Assembly: GCF_006345805.1 (NCBI RefSeq)
Contig: NC_043000.1
Location: forward strand, 103,974,001 to 104,038,000
Source: Octopus sinensis
Lineage: Eukaryota
Reading direction: 5' to 3'
DNA: 64,000 bases
The stretch's first letter is position 1. Each line of letters starts with the position of its first letter. Shown here piece after piece: positions 1 to 12,700 of the stretch. A program made the position numbers and the translations under genes. Under the pieces are notes generated by a model. The model did no database searches. It was not told the DNA's origin and was given only the letters and a program-made list of their open reading frames with translations.

Positions 1-1602
1 ATAAGACACTGGATTAAGTCCTAATTTTGTTTTGTTCCTTGAATGAAGTTCAATAGTATAAGTATCACAAATATATATTTTTTAAATTTATTTAAGAAAT
101 AGCAGCTAAATCTTCCTACAATTACACTTTTGCCATCTTAAGAAACAAAGGATAAATAGGATATTATAGTCCTGGGTAAATTATGTCTGAAGGAAGGACA
201 GTATGGTTATGGTTACAACACTTTATTGAAAGGTCTGCTTAATTGGGGATGACTTGGCACTATCAGCAACAAAAATAACAAAAAAAAAAAAAAAAAACCC
301 TGCAGTGGTGAGTACTATAGAAGAGGAAATCCCTTAGTGTGTCACATTGGAAATAATTTTAATTCTTGCTTATGTAATTCCTGTTTATGTAATTTGGCTC
401 CACTTTACACATCCCACTTCTATCTAATCTAAAAGTTGGATGAGAAAAATTGTTAACCCTCAAAATTGTTCATATTTTTTATTTTCACTGGAGATGAGGT
501 TAAAATCAGTCTTAACCCTAGTTACTTTAATACCTTATTTTTTTTTACATTAGTAGCTTTATATTGATGTCTGAAGGAGGAAATAAAAATAAGAGGAAAA
601 GACACCTGGAATGTGATAAGTTTCATGTATAACTTCCTTAAGGTTTTAAATCCAATGCTATATCAACCAGTGCTTTATCATATCAGCAGAGAGGGGGGGA
701 GAGAGGATTAGGAGAGAAAGAGAGGAAAAGATAGAGAAAAAAAGTGGAAAGATTATAGTATATACCTTTTGATGAAAACTTAATAATTAAAATATATGAC
801 TTCAATACTTATAATGCTAAATATTTATGCTTTCACTTACCCCTCAAATTTGAGTGTGAACGATACTAGTACATTAAGAATTTTGCCTCTTCTAATTAAT
901 TTGTATTGATTGAGTTACATTTTGCTCCCTAATACCCAGTTCAGCAACACTACTGAGCTTTCATGTGAACTATTAGAATTAACAGCTAATTTATTTACCC
1001 AGTAAGCTAATTCTCTTCATTCTAGTACTCATAGACTTTTTGTCTATCTAATAAACAGTGGTAGATAGAAGTTTAATGTCTGGCTGATCACAATGTCATG
1101 TTCCATTAATAGGCACAATTTTGGCAAACAGAATTTCATAGTTGTCAAAACAATTCTTCTACAGATTAAAGATTTTTGTATCAATACTCCGATTATTTCT
1201 TAATTAGATGTCAATATATAATAGGACTGCGTCTAGAAGGAAATTAGCATTGAAATACTCAATTCAAAGTCTGTCAGAATTGACACAAGGAATAAGATAG
1301 GTGATCAGCTGTTTCAAATTCTTAGATTATAAGCAAGAATTAAGATGTTTGATAATGTATCAAATAGCTATATTTGAAGTATATATTAAAAACATTTTTA
1401 GAGTAAAAATAATTCTTGATACAAATAACAAATTACACAATGTATATTAAATATATTCACAATTCAAAATGTTCATCGAAAATACTCAAATATATATATA
1501 ATAAACATGTAAATATATAAACACATACATACATAGATACATATACATACATAAACATATATACACACTTATACATAGAAAAAAAATACATATACATAGT
1601 TT

Positions 1603-1644
<42 letters not shown>

Positions 1645-2248
1645 ATACATGTATGTATACAACAATGCCAGATTAAGGCCAACCTATGCCCTAAGCACAG
1701 CCCAACAGTACAGTTCCTCCTCGACCCTTCAATTCTCTGAAGGGTGCTGAATGTGAAATAATGGATTAATAATTCAGTTTTCTTCAACGCAAGACCTCTC
1801 CACTATAACTATATTAAGAATAGCTGTTAGCTATGTAAGCAAATTATTTATTCGTAACTAGGACAGCAGGAAAAAGATATAAAAATCTGTAACTTTTTAT
1901 TAAGAAATATTTATAGTTGTGGTCAATTAGGCACTGGGAAAATAACTGGTGTCCCTTTCTATTTACACCCTTTGCACGTGCATTTTTTCCCTTTTTCTTT
2001 TTACTTAATGTTAATTCGGTCCCAACGAAAAAGTGCATGTATATATATACATATATAAACATGAATGATTTACAGAACTAGGTCTTCTTCCTTTATACTT
2101 TAGAATTCATGTAACAAAATTCTAAATTGAAGACAACAGGACTAGTCTTGTGTGAGTTATTTTAATAAAAGATTATATCCATTTTATGTACATTGAGTAC
2201 TTCGGGTTAGATTGTACCTTCTCGTTTTCTTTGTTTTTAAGTGCGAAC

Positions 2249-2323
<75 letters not shown>

Positions 2324-3089
2324 ACATATGTATGTGAAAGTAACGGTTTCGAAGAAATTAATTAAAAAACGAAACAAGAATAAAAAACAACTGAATAAAT
2401 TAAAGCCGGTGAGAAGCCGATTTATATATATATGAAAAAACACGAATACAGAAATAGTAAAAGGGAAGAGCTACTCTTAAAAATATGTCCCGACAGTAAT
2501 GGAAAACTTAGATTACTGGAGTTGAGCGAAACAAAATTTATGAAGGTTCATTCGAAATTTGTTGAAATTACTAAATAGATTTGTACTCAAAGAATTTTTC
2601 TGTTTTTCGTAAGTAGTTTAAAGAAGAAATGTTCGTTCATGATGCTTACATGAGGTACTTAACAAGCGTATGTCAAACGATGCATATTTTATTGATTGTT
2701 AGTAATTATGAATACTTTCTTGAAAAAAAAAAAACTTCGTTAAGTATAAGTAAGTATAATTGTTAGCGTGTATAATAAAGATAAACACCTTCAGCCAATA
2801 TTAGACGGCGAGCATTAAAATTTGTTACAAAAATAACCATAAAAGGACTTATATTATACATTGTACACGTTTACAAAAACGACGTGCATCACTGAAATCA
2901 CCATAGTGTGTATATATAAATATATATATATATATAAACGACATATGAGGTATAGAATTTTGGTAATGGGTTCAAGGAATTATTCTAAATATGTAGTGTT
3001 ATGTCTGACAATGTTAAACACGGGGCAGCCGCTTAGGAAAGTTCCAAAGCTGTCAAACGAGGAACTGGCTAGAGGTTTTTTTTATTTAC

Positions 3090-3222
3090 CTTGCAAACCA
3101 TCTGATAACACACTAATAAAGCTGGAAACAAGATACAAAATTGACAGGGAATAGGCGAACGCCACGGGCGAATGTACCGAAGTTTCTATAGAAAAATCAG
3201 GACTTCCTAATAGCACCACCAT
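3090..3222 (-). CDS. Candidate first coding exon of an unidentified divergent gene (MVVLLGSPDFSIETSVHSPVAFAYSLSILYLVSSFISVLSDGLQ, phase-1 donor)
   Basis: 44 open codons run from an ATG inside an AAGATGG (YY1-like) motif to a strong donor CAAG|GTAAAT at 3089. The C-terminal half is hydrophobic. I recognised no homology and found no in-frame second exon in 1-3089. Confidence 0.3.
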
Positions 3223-5915
3223 CTTGCCATATGCTATTTTCCCTGGAATGTTTATGAGTAACTGGCACTCCGATTCGTTTCACTTCTCGACCACCATATA
3301 TATTTTGTTTTCACAGAGGAAATAGGCTTCTTGTAGGATGTATGTTTTACGGTGCTTTTCAGGCACCTTAAGCTTACTCACCGATCACACATGCGTACTC
3401 TTTAATTACTCCTTCATCCATTCACAAACACTCACTCACTCTCTCAGTGTTTTGATGAACGCTTTTCGCTTTAAAGATAAATTACATTTTCTATCGTTTT
3501 GGCTTAATATTTAAAGTAGGAGGGCTGCCTTCTAGTTTTCTTCTTTGACACGTGAATACTTCGTCATTCCTCTCCCATTCTTACCCCGTACCGGACACTC
3601 TCCCTTGCATTATGTTACTCACACCACAACTATTTTAACTTCTCGCTTAGAATTATAAGCAGAATGAAGTTGATTTCTCTGTCTCCCTCCATACATAATA
3701 CTCCGAGGCAGAAAGAGAAAGAGAGTGTTGTGTGGAGTTATCAGTAAATATCTGTACACTCGACTGTAATAAACAAGCTGGCTGTTCCAGTAATTGTCCC
3801 AGATAATGCTACTGTTATTGCTGAAGGTCACTTTCCCAATCTAAACAATAATAATAATAATAATTTAATTTTTTGAGGCTAATATATTTTTTATAAGAGT
3901 TAATAAATTATGATACTAACTCAATCATTTTACAATATGAATATTTTTTGCCGAACTTCATGAGTTACGCAATTTCCAATAAAACCGGCAACCTGTATGC
4001 AAGCGTATTTACCATACACTTCATTACTCGAAAACAAATATTTGATCTTTTATTTTCATGCAGAGTAAATTGATTTGCTGAATTTAGATAGGAATTTGGC
4101 ATGTAAATATATGTTGTAAGCATTTTTGCGCTTTCTAAAATACTGCTTGGAACATCAGAAAGCCGAGTTGAAAAAAAAGTGTCAGGGAGTAAGTAAAGAC
4201 GATAGATCCACCAAAAACATAGCAATTAGTCAACAGCTACAGTTTGTTTACTGAGCAAGAGATACTGAAAAAAAGCCGGTTGAATTTCCTGACTATTATT
4301 TAATACAAAACCTTTGACTTACATTAACTGAGACCCAAAAATATGAGTTAATTAAAGCAAAAAAGTAAGAGTTTGTCGAATGGATATTTAAAATATTTTG
4401 AAAGCGACTGGAGTAAAAATATGTTATATTTATGCTTGCATCACCAAGTCCACCGGATGATAACTTTGGCAATAACATAGCAGTCGTAAAGACTGTTGAG
4501 GCGTCATTTCTAGCCCTCAATTGCACTGACCCCATATTTTACCAATGAGAAACAAGATAATGTTTATTGATGTTCAATGATTTATGTATGGTTAAAAGAT
4601 CCCAACAAAACAACAAATTATACGTTGTAACCAACCGAAAAACAAAAACAGTAAATAAAAATGTAACGCAACCCAATTTACTCAGATATAATGCTCGGAG
4701 AATTGGAAAATATTCAGAATTTGACAATAAGTTCAATAACAATCGATAAATATACACAAACATTTTTTTTTTCAAGCGTATTTTAATTGCTCCACATTTT
4801 AACCAGGACTTGGAATATATTTTTTCGTTCACACTGGATATTGTATAAACACCACGTCTTGTAATCATTAAGCTTTGAGATTATTTATCAGGTATATACA
4901 TTTCTAAATACGGTACTGTTCTCTTTTACACTGCTGATATTGAGTTTGTTATTCTACACCTATCAACGCAACAGTGTCGTCGTTATTAAAACAAACATTT
5001 AATTTTAAGTTTTTACACACATCGCTTCGCTAAATATATTTCATATATATCGGATCTTAACTTGTGGCATAAAAAAAAAACTCATTTTATTTTGATGATT
5101 ATTATCATTTATTATTTTTATAATAACAGTATTTCTTTCTAAGGGTATTGTTTTGATCCTATTTTTAATTCGAGTGTTACAAACGACAGTTGTTTGTTCC
5201 TCCCTAAATCACTAGAAATCCGTGAGTTCTCTTTGCCGGTTGTTATTTCTCTACACCTACAACCAACACCAACAACAATAATACAAAGTTGGTACTATTT
5301 CTAAACACCGGGATTGTCATTAATAAATCACACTTGTTAACTGTCGATGTATACGTGTGTGTGTGTGTTTTAGTGACAAGCAGCTCTTATTTGGCCACCA
5401 TCGACATCTAGGTCAACCTACAACACCACCTCTAATATTAAATCACTCATTTATTTTTGTCTTTCTGTCTCAATTTACAAATCGTTCAGCCTTTAGTTCA
5501 GACATTAGTTTCTCTCACAGAGTTCTTCTATCCATCATTTTCTTCTTGGTATTTAGTCTGATTTGGATTCGGTTTGTTTTGGATGTTTTCACAACAAACA
5601 CCGTTCCTTGATCGCCGACCAAAGTAGCGATTTTCCTCCATTACAGAAAAATCTTTACTGTATACAAACATAGCCCGGTACAATATTGCCGTAAGTTACA
5701 ATTACAGTTCAATATTGACTACTAACTCCCATGAAAAAAGAAAAGAGGTCTCCCCCCACCCCGGTAATTTTATAGGGGCACAAATAAAGATAAAACCTTT
5801 ACAAATGAAGTAAACGTGTATATATATATATGTAAACAAGAGCGATATATATATAGTAATATACGTGTAGCCGTATATATGTGATGAGATGCCGGCTTGG
5901 TGACCCCGATAGCGA

Positions 5916-5927
5916 CCAATGACGTCA
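5916..5927. promoter_or_regulatory. CCAAT box overlapping a full palindromic CRE (TGACGTCA)
   Basis: The sequence reads CCAATGACGTCA: CCAAT at 5916-5920 and TGACGTCA at 5920-5927, about 1.4 kb upstream of the start codon. Confidence 0.45.
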
Positions 5928-7347
5928 GTGTTGACTGAGAAACTGACCAATAACAATGCAAGGAGTGCACTCATCAACGAATCGTTTAGCAGTATTTTGA
6001 GCACGTGGCTTTGTTGGGGTAAGTGGAGCTCCACCCACCACTCTTAGAACCAAAACAAACCGGTGAACCTTCAACTACAGGGAGAAAACCTAACATGTTT
6101 ATAATTGTCTAAGACTACTGGACCACCGCAAGAAAAAAAAATCTAACTCAAAACAGATTCTGGATTTAACCTTCAAGCAAATAATTTATATTGTTGGTGG
6201 GGTATTTGTTATTGCTATTGATGTTGACTTTTTCTTAACCGTTCTGCTGCTTTCGGTCACTGCTGGCCATCGTACTTTCGTCATTGCTATCAAAAGCCTT
6301 CTTAAAAATGACATTTATCTTTATGCTTTGGTCTTAATTCAAATTGTTTTACTATCACCACTACTTCCACTCGAAAAAATTGTGTCGATATACATTCATG
6401 AAAGTAGGTACTACTTTTCACATAATTAATTCTTTACATTTTTCTGTGTTTGTTTATATCAGTATTGATTGATTGATCGATTGAGAGTGAACTCCACATC
6501 GGAATACGTGACATACACAACTTTGCCAAACCCGACTATACGGGTATTGTTTTGCTGATTCGAAACATCAAATTGCTTATTTTACCTAATTAATATCGGC
6601 AATCCGAAACATCATTTTTCTTTTCTCTGTATCCTGACACCATTCTCCAACTACTACTAAAATCTGTTATTTAGTTCCCGGTTTTCTTTCTTATTTCTTT
6701 TTGCTATTGCTCTCGCGTCATATTGCTTCTCCCAATGACAACAACACGTCACGAGCTGGAGAAGACATGAAACTGTCTACTTAAAAGCCGACAATTACAC
6801 AATTCTATAAATAGGGGCATCAAAAAGAGGACTGTATACGCTCACCGCTCCTCTCTTTCTCCAACTAAATAGGCTTACAAATGTAGTTGATAAACTAAAC
6901 TTAGGCTCTCACTACCTGAAGCCTATCCACAAGAACAAATTGGCCCAAAATAACATACAGAAGTATTTCCCCGTCATAAACAACCGGCAGGTTCTTTCAC
7001 TTGCTAATCTTTTTCTTTTTTTTTCCGGTACTAAAATGAAATCAACACGTTTATGGCAGTTGATTCAATAAACATCAAAATTTAAAGAATCTCTTAATAT
7101 ATTTTTATCTCAAGGAGTATGCTACAAACTTAGGAAAAGTTTATCTGTCAAATCAAGAAACTGTTGTTCCTTTGAAATTGATCTCTGTATCCTATTTTTG
7201 TTGTGCAGATATGAGTTCCCTCTTAAAATTTTTTTGCTAAATTGCTTTCCTCAATACTTGTTTTGAAAAATTGCTCATTCTTATATAAATACGACTATTG
7301 AAATAAATCGTTTAAAGTAAAATTAGAAAAAATACAGAATATAAATC

Positions 7348-7952
7348 ATGTTTGGAAACAGACGTTTGGCGAAACGGTCGATTGTCGGCACCAAAATTAG
7401 TGCTGCTTGTCAAGATGGCCGGTTCTACACTGGGGTCATTCAGGCCGTTCGCTCGTCGCCTGATGTGGGAGAAACAAATGACACAACTAGAATGAACTCC
7501 GACTACAATAACATCAACAACCAACCAACTTCAAACCGGTCGTCAGTGATACCCGGCACGTCGCCGGCTTCTTCATACTGTGTCAAATTCGAAAACGGAC
7601 TTATTCAGGAAGTGGACTCGAAGAACATAATCGGACCTGGCTTCCAAGCCATGTCCTCCGTACATTTACTTGAAGGACAAAAAGTATACGTGACTCTAAA
7701 TGGAAGAGAAGTAACTGGACTTGTACAGAAACACGAACAACTCAATAACGAAGTGACAATTTGGGTGAGAGCAGCCAACTGTAGCGACGTGTTGGAAATA
7801 TCCAAGAAATTGGACGATGTCCGCTTGTTGGAGAGCAGGAAATCTGCTCGACTTGTTGACCAAGATCAGGACTATTCAAAACTGGCAGATTTCCAACCCG
7901 AAATCAAGAAAAGAGCCGTTTCTCTCAATATTGAAGTTCCATTAAAACATTC
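7348..7952 (+). CDS. ZNF704: First coding exon of a ZNF704/ZNF395 (HDBP, Glut4EF)-family C2H2/C-clamp transcription factor, containing the conserved N-terminal (DUF4772-type) region
   Basis: The translation carries family motifs in the expected order: RRLAKRSIVGT (human ZNF395 RRLGKRSLLGA), GQKVYVTLNGREVTGLVQKH (GQKVYVWYGGQECTGLVEQH), DVRLLESRKSARL, and RAVSLNIEVP (RPVSRNIDVP). The ATG context is AATCATG. The exon ends TC|GTAAGT (phase-2 donor at 7953); the TAA at 7954-7956 is intronic. A single invertebrate gene is probably co-orthologous to ZNF704/ZNF395/SLC2A4RG, so the symbol is nominal. Confidence 0.88.
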
Positions 7953-9379
7953 GTAAGTTTTATCTTTCTCTTTACATCGTTTCATATTGCTTGCCCTGTT
8001 GCTATAATTAGTTTGACTGTGAGGGCGGAGGAGTGGGAGAATCGGTGGTGTCGAACAAAATGCCTTACAGTATTTCGTAAGTGTCCCTTTAAATTTCCAG
8101 TTCAAATGCTGCCCAGATCGCTCTAGCTTTTCATTTTTCTATACGTCTTATGCAATTCATAGCCTTTTGCTTATATTAAAAAATCAATATCTATTTGATC
8201 ATAAATAATAATTATGTCCGGTCCCTCAGGACTGACTTTTCGGGTTCATTTGTGACATTCCTGGTAATGCCTTAATTTTCAGTGTTATAACTGCAGTCAG
8301 GTCTCATGACACACACGCAAAGATATGTTGTTAACTGAATAACCCACTGATTATATCTAATAATTGTGTGTGTATACAAACACACACACACAGATATGTA
8401 TATGACTGGGCATAAAACAGTTATGTACCGTGAATAATTGTATTTTGTATCTATAATACTTGCTGCGTGTTATGCATAAAAAATGTATATTGTGTTTGTT
8501 TATACAAAAGTCTCCACCACATTTCGTACACACACATACGCGCGCGCGCAAAATGTGTTTATGTATTAATAAAATCAATAGAAACCAACTTGTCAAAAGC
8601 AACTGCGGTACTCTAACGGAGAACTCTTAAATGACAGTTTGATTTGCCAATATCTTCCTTCTGAATTGTCATTTGAGAAGGTTCATACTTTCATCACTGC
8701 TCTCCTTATTTATTGAAATAGCTCTGACAACCTATATTTATCGACAGAACAGTATATTGTATGCGGCAATAACGTATTAGCTAAGTGTCCATGACCCGGT
8801 TTCGATTCTTATTTGGAACTGATTCACTTCACTTGTATCGTTAATGCTCGTAGAAATGTTACTGACATCTTAACTTACTACGTTCCTTTTCTTTAAAAAT
8901 ATCAAAGATTCCATGTTTTGTAAATACAAAATTGATATTTTGCTTCTTTTTTTTTTGTTTATTGATGTTTTTATGTAAATATGTGCGCGAAGTCAGCAGG
9001 CTTGTATATAGTTCATGCTGTAATTTATGATTTTATTTTCATTTGAACGTAGACATCTATCTTACCATTTCAAAACACACACACACTCTCACTCACTCAC
9101 TCTCTCTCTCCAACAAATTCCCATTAAATTATGCGGGGGAAAAGAAGATATCTTTGTATTGACAAATAAGTTTATCCTTTATATATATTCTGAGGACTAC
9201 TGTTAATTCACTAGGATCCCTGAGGTGATCATTTCTGCAGCCTTTATAATGGCACGCGAGCGATGGGATTGCAGTGGCAACAGAAACATTTCCTAACAAG
9301 GTTTTATGGAAAGAAGACCTTCTTTAACTGATTTTCCTTTTGGTTTAAGTCGTCGTAAAAATACAGCGAATGGACTCCA

Positions 9380-9790
9380 CTAAAGCCTAACCAATAGTAA
9401 GACTTTTAGTATCAACTAACGCAAAATTTCAAGGAGCAGCGCAAGTTATTTCTTGTGGAGTTCATTGACTTTACAAAACGCTTTTGACAGTCACTGTCGC
9501 ATACTCGTGCAACGTTCCTTAAAAGTTTCTACGCATCTTCAGAAGTCCTTCATGTTATTTAAATGTAAGCATTAGTGATTTCATGGATCCAGGTCGATGG
9601 TCTTTGCAATTTGTTTTCTGGGTTCAGCAAGGTTACATTCTAGCTCCCAGCCTGTTTGATATAGTTCTCTGCACCTCGTTTCGCGTGCTGTTCCACATCT
9701 ATAGCGGGGGAAGAATATTTACTCTCTCTTATCTCCGCTCACGAAATTTGACTGCAGTATTAGCGATACAATCCAAGGAAAAACTTTAAG
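9380..9790 (+). mobile_element. Degraded RTE-clade LINE reverse transcriptase fragment
   Basis: Frameshifted translation gives QLTQNFKEQRKLFLVEFIDFTK.AFDS (cf. QLQEKCREQ..LY.AFIDLTKAFD) and VQQGYILAPSLF...GGRIFTLSYLRS (cf. GVKQGCVLAPTLF...DG.LFNL.RL). Confidence 0.62.
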
Positions 9791-12700
9791 CATTGTTAAA
9801 CGCTTTTCCTTTTTTTTTTTTTTTTTCTTCACTCCACCATTATAAAGCTTTATTAACCCTTCGTTGTGGATCAGAATGTATGTACCTTACCTAATATCTT
9901 AAAGCAACAAATACCGTAATTGTTGTCAACAGTTAACTTTGGACAATTATCATTGAAGCAGTACTTCTGAATGCAGAGCTCAATGTATGCATATAAAGCA
10001 AGTTAGCTACTACCTTCACCCTTCATGCAAAGGATAATTAAAACCTGTCCATCAGAGCAGGTTTACTGTGGGCTATGTTTTTCGTTGAAATATCCTGTAT
10101 GATGTTGGGGCTTTATATTTATATCATAATCTGGAACACTAGCTTAATGTATTCCACTTTAGGTAGGAGCTAATATAGGACTATTCTATTTAATGTGTAT
10201 TATCTAAAGGAGATTTGGCTGCTAGTTGTACCAGGTCGAGTAATCGCGAAGAGACTCGCTCATCGGCTCGATATAAATAAAAGAAATTGTAGTAGGAGAG
10301 GAAGAAGAAGCGATTTCAACCGGGAATTGAATCTAAGTTGTGGACTCAATTTGCCAAAAATTAATCACCATGTTATATCGTCCTCTCTTTCTCCCCCCCC
10401 TTCTGTATTGTATGCTTCTTTCCGGCCCAAACTCAACCAGGTTGTTATCAGGATAATCACCATTTGGGACTGTATGATATAGAGGTAACGTAATGAGCCA
10501 TATTGAAGTACACAACAGACCCTTGTGCCGGTTATGTTCTCAATCTATGAAGGAAAAGCCCAGTGGTTGCTCCTCTATGTATTCAGCTACTGCGCCTCAT
10601 TATTAATATATATTTAGCTCTACCTGTAAACATTCAACCTTGATAAATTAGTGTTTGTTTACAAAGTGATGTGTTTGTGTGAGAAAGTGTCCTACTTCAG
10701 CGGCTGCCGGCAAGTTGTCGGCGAATAATGTTCGCAATTCCGTATCGATTCACTGTCAAAACTTTTTGCTTAATGTCGTTGGGAAAGATATGAATGAAAC
10801 ATTTCTTTATAAAGGCATCGCATTAGATTTTATGCTTCATACTTTAAAAAAAAATATGTATATATGAAAAAGAGAGAAAGAGGGGGTAAAGCAGAGAGTT
10901 GTTATTGTTTAGCTCCATGTTAAACTTTATTACGTAGACTTATGATCAAAGACATTTCAGGCGTAAGCTTTACGTCTTTTAACGGGTATATAAAGGGCTA
11001 CATTTATTAAGTGGGTCCTTCCTCTTCCTTTAAGAAAATAGTATGGTTTGGGTCGATGGAGGTTTAGATGTTATTTCTAGCGAACCGAGTGACTGTGTAG
11101 TGGTTTACTCTGTGTGTGTGTGTAAAGAAACGTGATTGCATTAGCGCTTGTTGCTTTGACATTGTTTTTTGGGGCGTTAAAGAGACATTCAAATGACAGT
11201 CCCATTATTAATAATTCTTAATAGTTTCTCAATTTATGGAACCGGGTAGGTAATAGGGGAAAGATAAAAAATACAGCCAATCGGCGAGGTTTGAATACAG
11301 AACAGTGATATTAAGTTAGATCAGTTGGTGGAAGTGATCGATATCTCTCACTTGCTATATATTCATATTCCGACAGGAAAAATAGTTTTCCACTTTCAAA
11401 TGGTAAAGGAGGGCTTACAAGGAATTAGCAGACGGTATTTTAAGAATGTGACACAAAAGTGTTCTAACCTCGTCTTCAATGATGGAAGTGTTAAAAGCGA
11501 GAATTCATGAAAGGCAAGACTATAGATTTTTGTTGAGAAAGACAAGTAATTTGATCCGTGTACATTGCTGGTACTTATTTATCCATCTCGGAAGGGGTGA
11601 CAGGTAAAATAGACCCCTCCCCAAACATAATTTGAACACGGAGTGTAAAGAGACATAACTAACAAACATACTGCAAGACAACTTTTATTTGGCAGCCTAT
11701 GTTCTGCTATCATTAAATGAAGAGATAGCCTATAGCACATTAATCCAGCTATATCGCCGGCATACTTCTGAACATATCCAGGCCATTGTCGTTATGTAAA
11801 TGATAAAATATGAAGAACCTCTTCATATAGAAATTAATTTAGCTCCTGACTGACTATACAAATATAGATAATGCCACGATTTATTTCCTCGCTACCCAGA
11901 TTCTTTATCCATCCAACTTTCAAACCAGTCACCATTCTTACTAAAATGTGCACTGGTCAAGTACGTGTCGATCTATCTGACAATATCATCCTTCCAAAAT
12001 TTGTGGCCTCATGCCTATATTACAAATCCCCCTCCCTCAGAAAAAAAAAAAATTATAACGGTGGTGAAATTTTATTTGGCCTCCATGTTTGTGCCTTGAT
12101 TCTTAGTGTGTTGTAATAGAAACAGTAATTGTTATTGGTTTGTATATAGTAACTCTTTTGGTGGAACTGCTGTTACTAGACGTTTAGCTGTAGTAGTTGA
12201 GCTAGTTCTGTTGTTGATACAAGTTCTGTGGTAATGGTACTAGCAGCGGCATATTAGTAGCAGGTGTTGGTAGTGAGTAAATACTGTTAGTGCAGTTGTA
12301 TTGCTTCAGGTCGTTAACCCTGACCGAATAAACATACGCGTGAGCGAAGGCGTTTCGACCGTGACCGTCTTGATATTCTGAGTGATATTTCTTTTTTAAG
12401 CCAGTGGGTTGCTAGCTGAGAGAGATTTGCAGCTATTTCTAGCAGAGCGAACAACCGCAAAGAGACTTCCTAGTTGGTGCGTATTGTTGATACTAATGAA
12501 CATAGCAGTAGTAGTAGTAATTATATTTTTGTTAGTAGTAGTAGTTCACTCGTATGTTATGTTACTGTTGATAAAATCGATAGAGCATTGGACAAAATGT
12601 TTCCTATTAAATGTTACAGCTCTTCACTTTCTGCGTTCAAATTCTGCCGAGGTCAGTTTTGCCTTTCTCCCTTTCGAGGTCAATATAATCGACAGCTTCC

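Larger units (their letters stand above)
2380..7200. promoter_or_regulatory. CpG-retaining promoter / 5' regulatory zone of the ZNF704-like gene, possibly bidirectional
   Basis: Mostly non-repetitive sequence with many CpGs immediately upstream of the first coding exon. It contains an ETS-like ACTTCC (3202-3207) and a YY1-like CCATCTT (3219-3225). A candidate 5'UTR donor GCC|GTAAGT lies at 5691, and a candidate acceptor with a pyrimidine tract, TTGTGCAG|, at 7207-7208. The TSS cannot be placed from sequence alone. Confidence 0.5.

Noticed and set aside
453-503. TTAACCCTCA...TGAGGTTAA resembling miniature piggyBac ends
   Set aside because: Too short and imperfect to distinguish from chance in AT-rich DNA.
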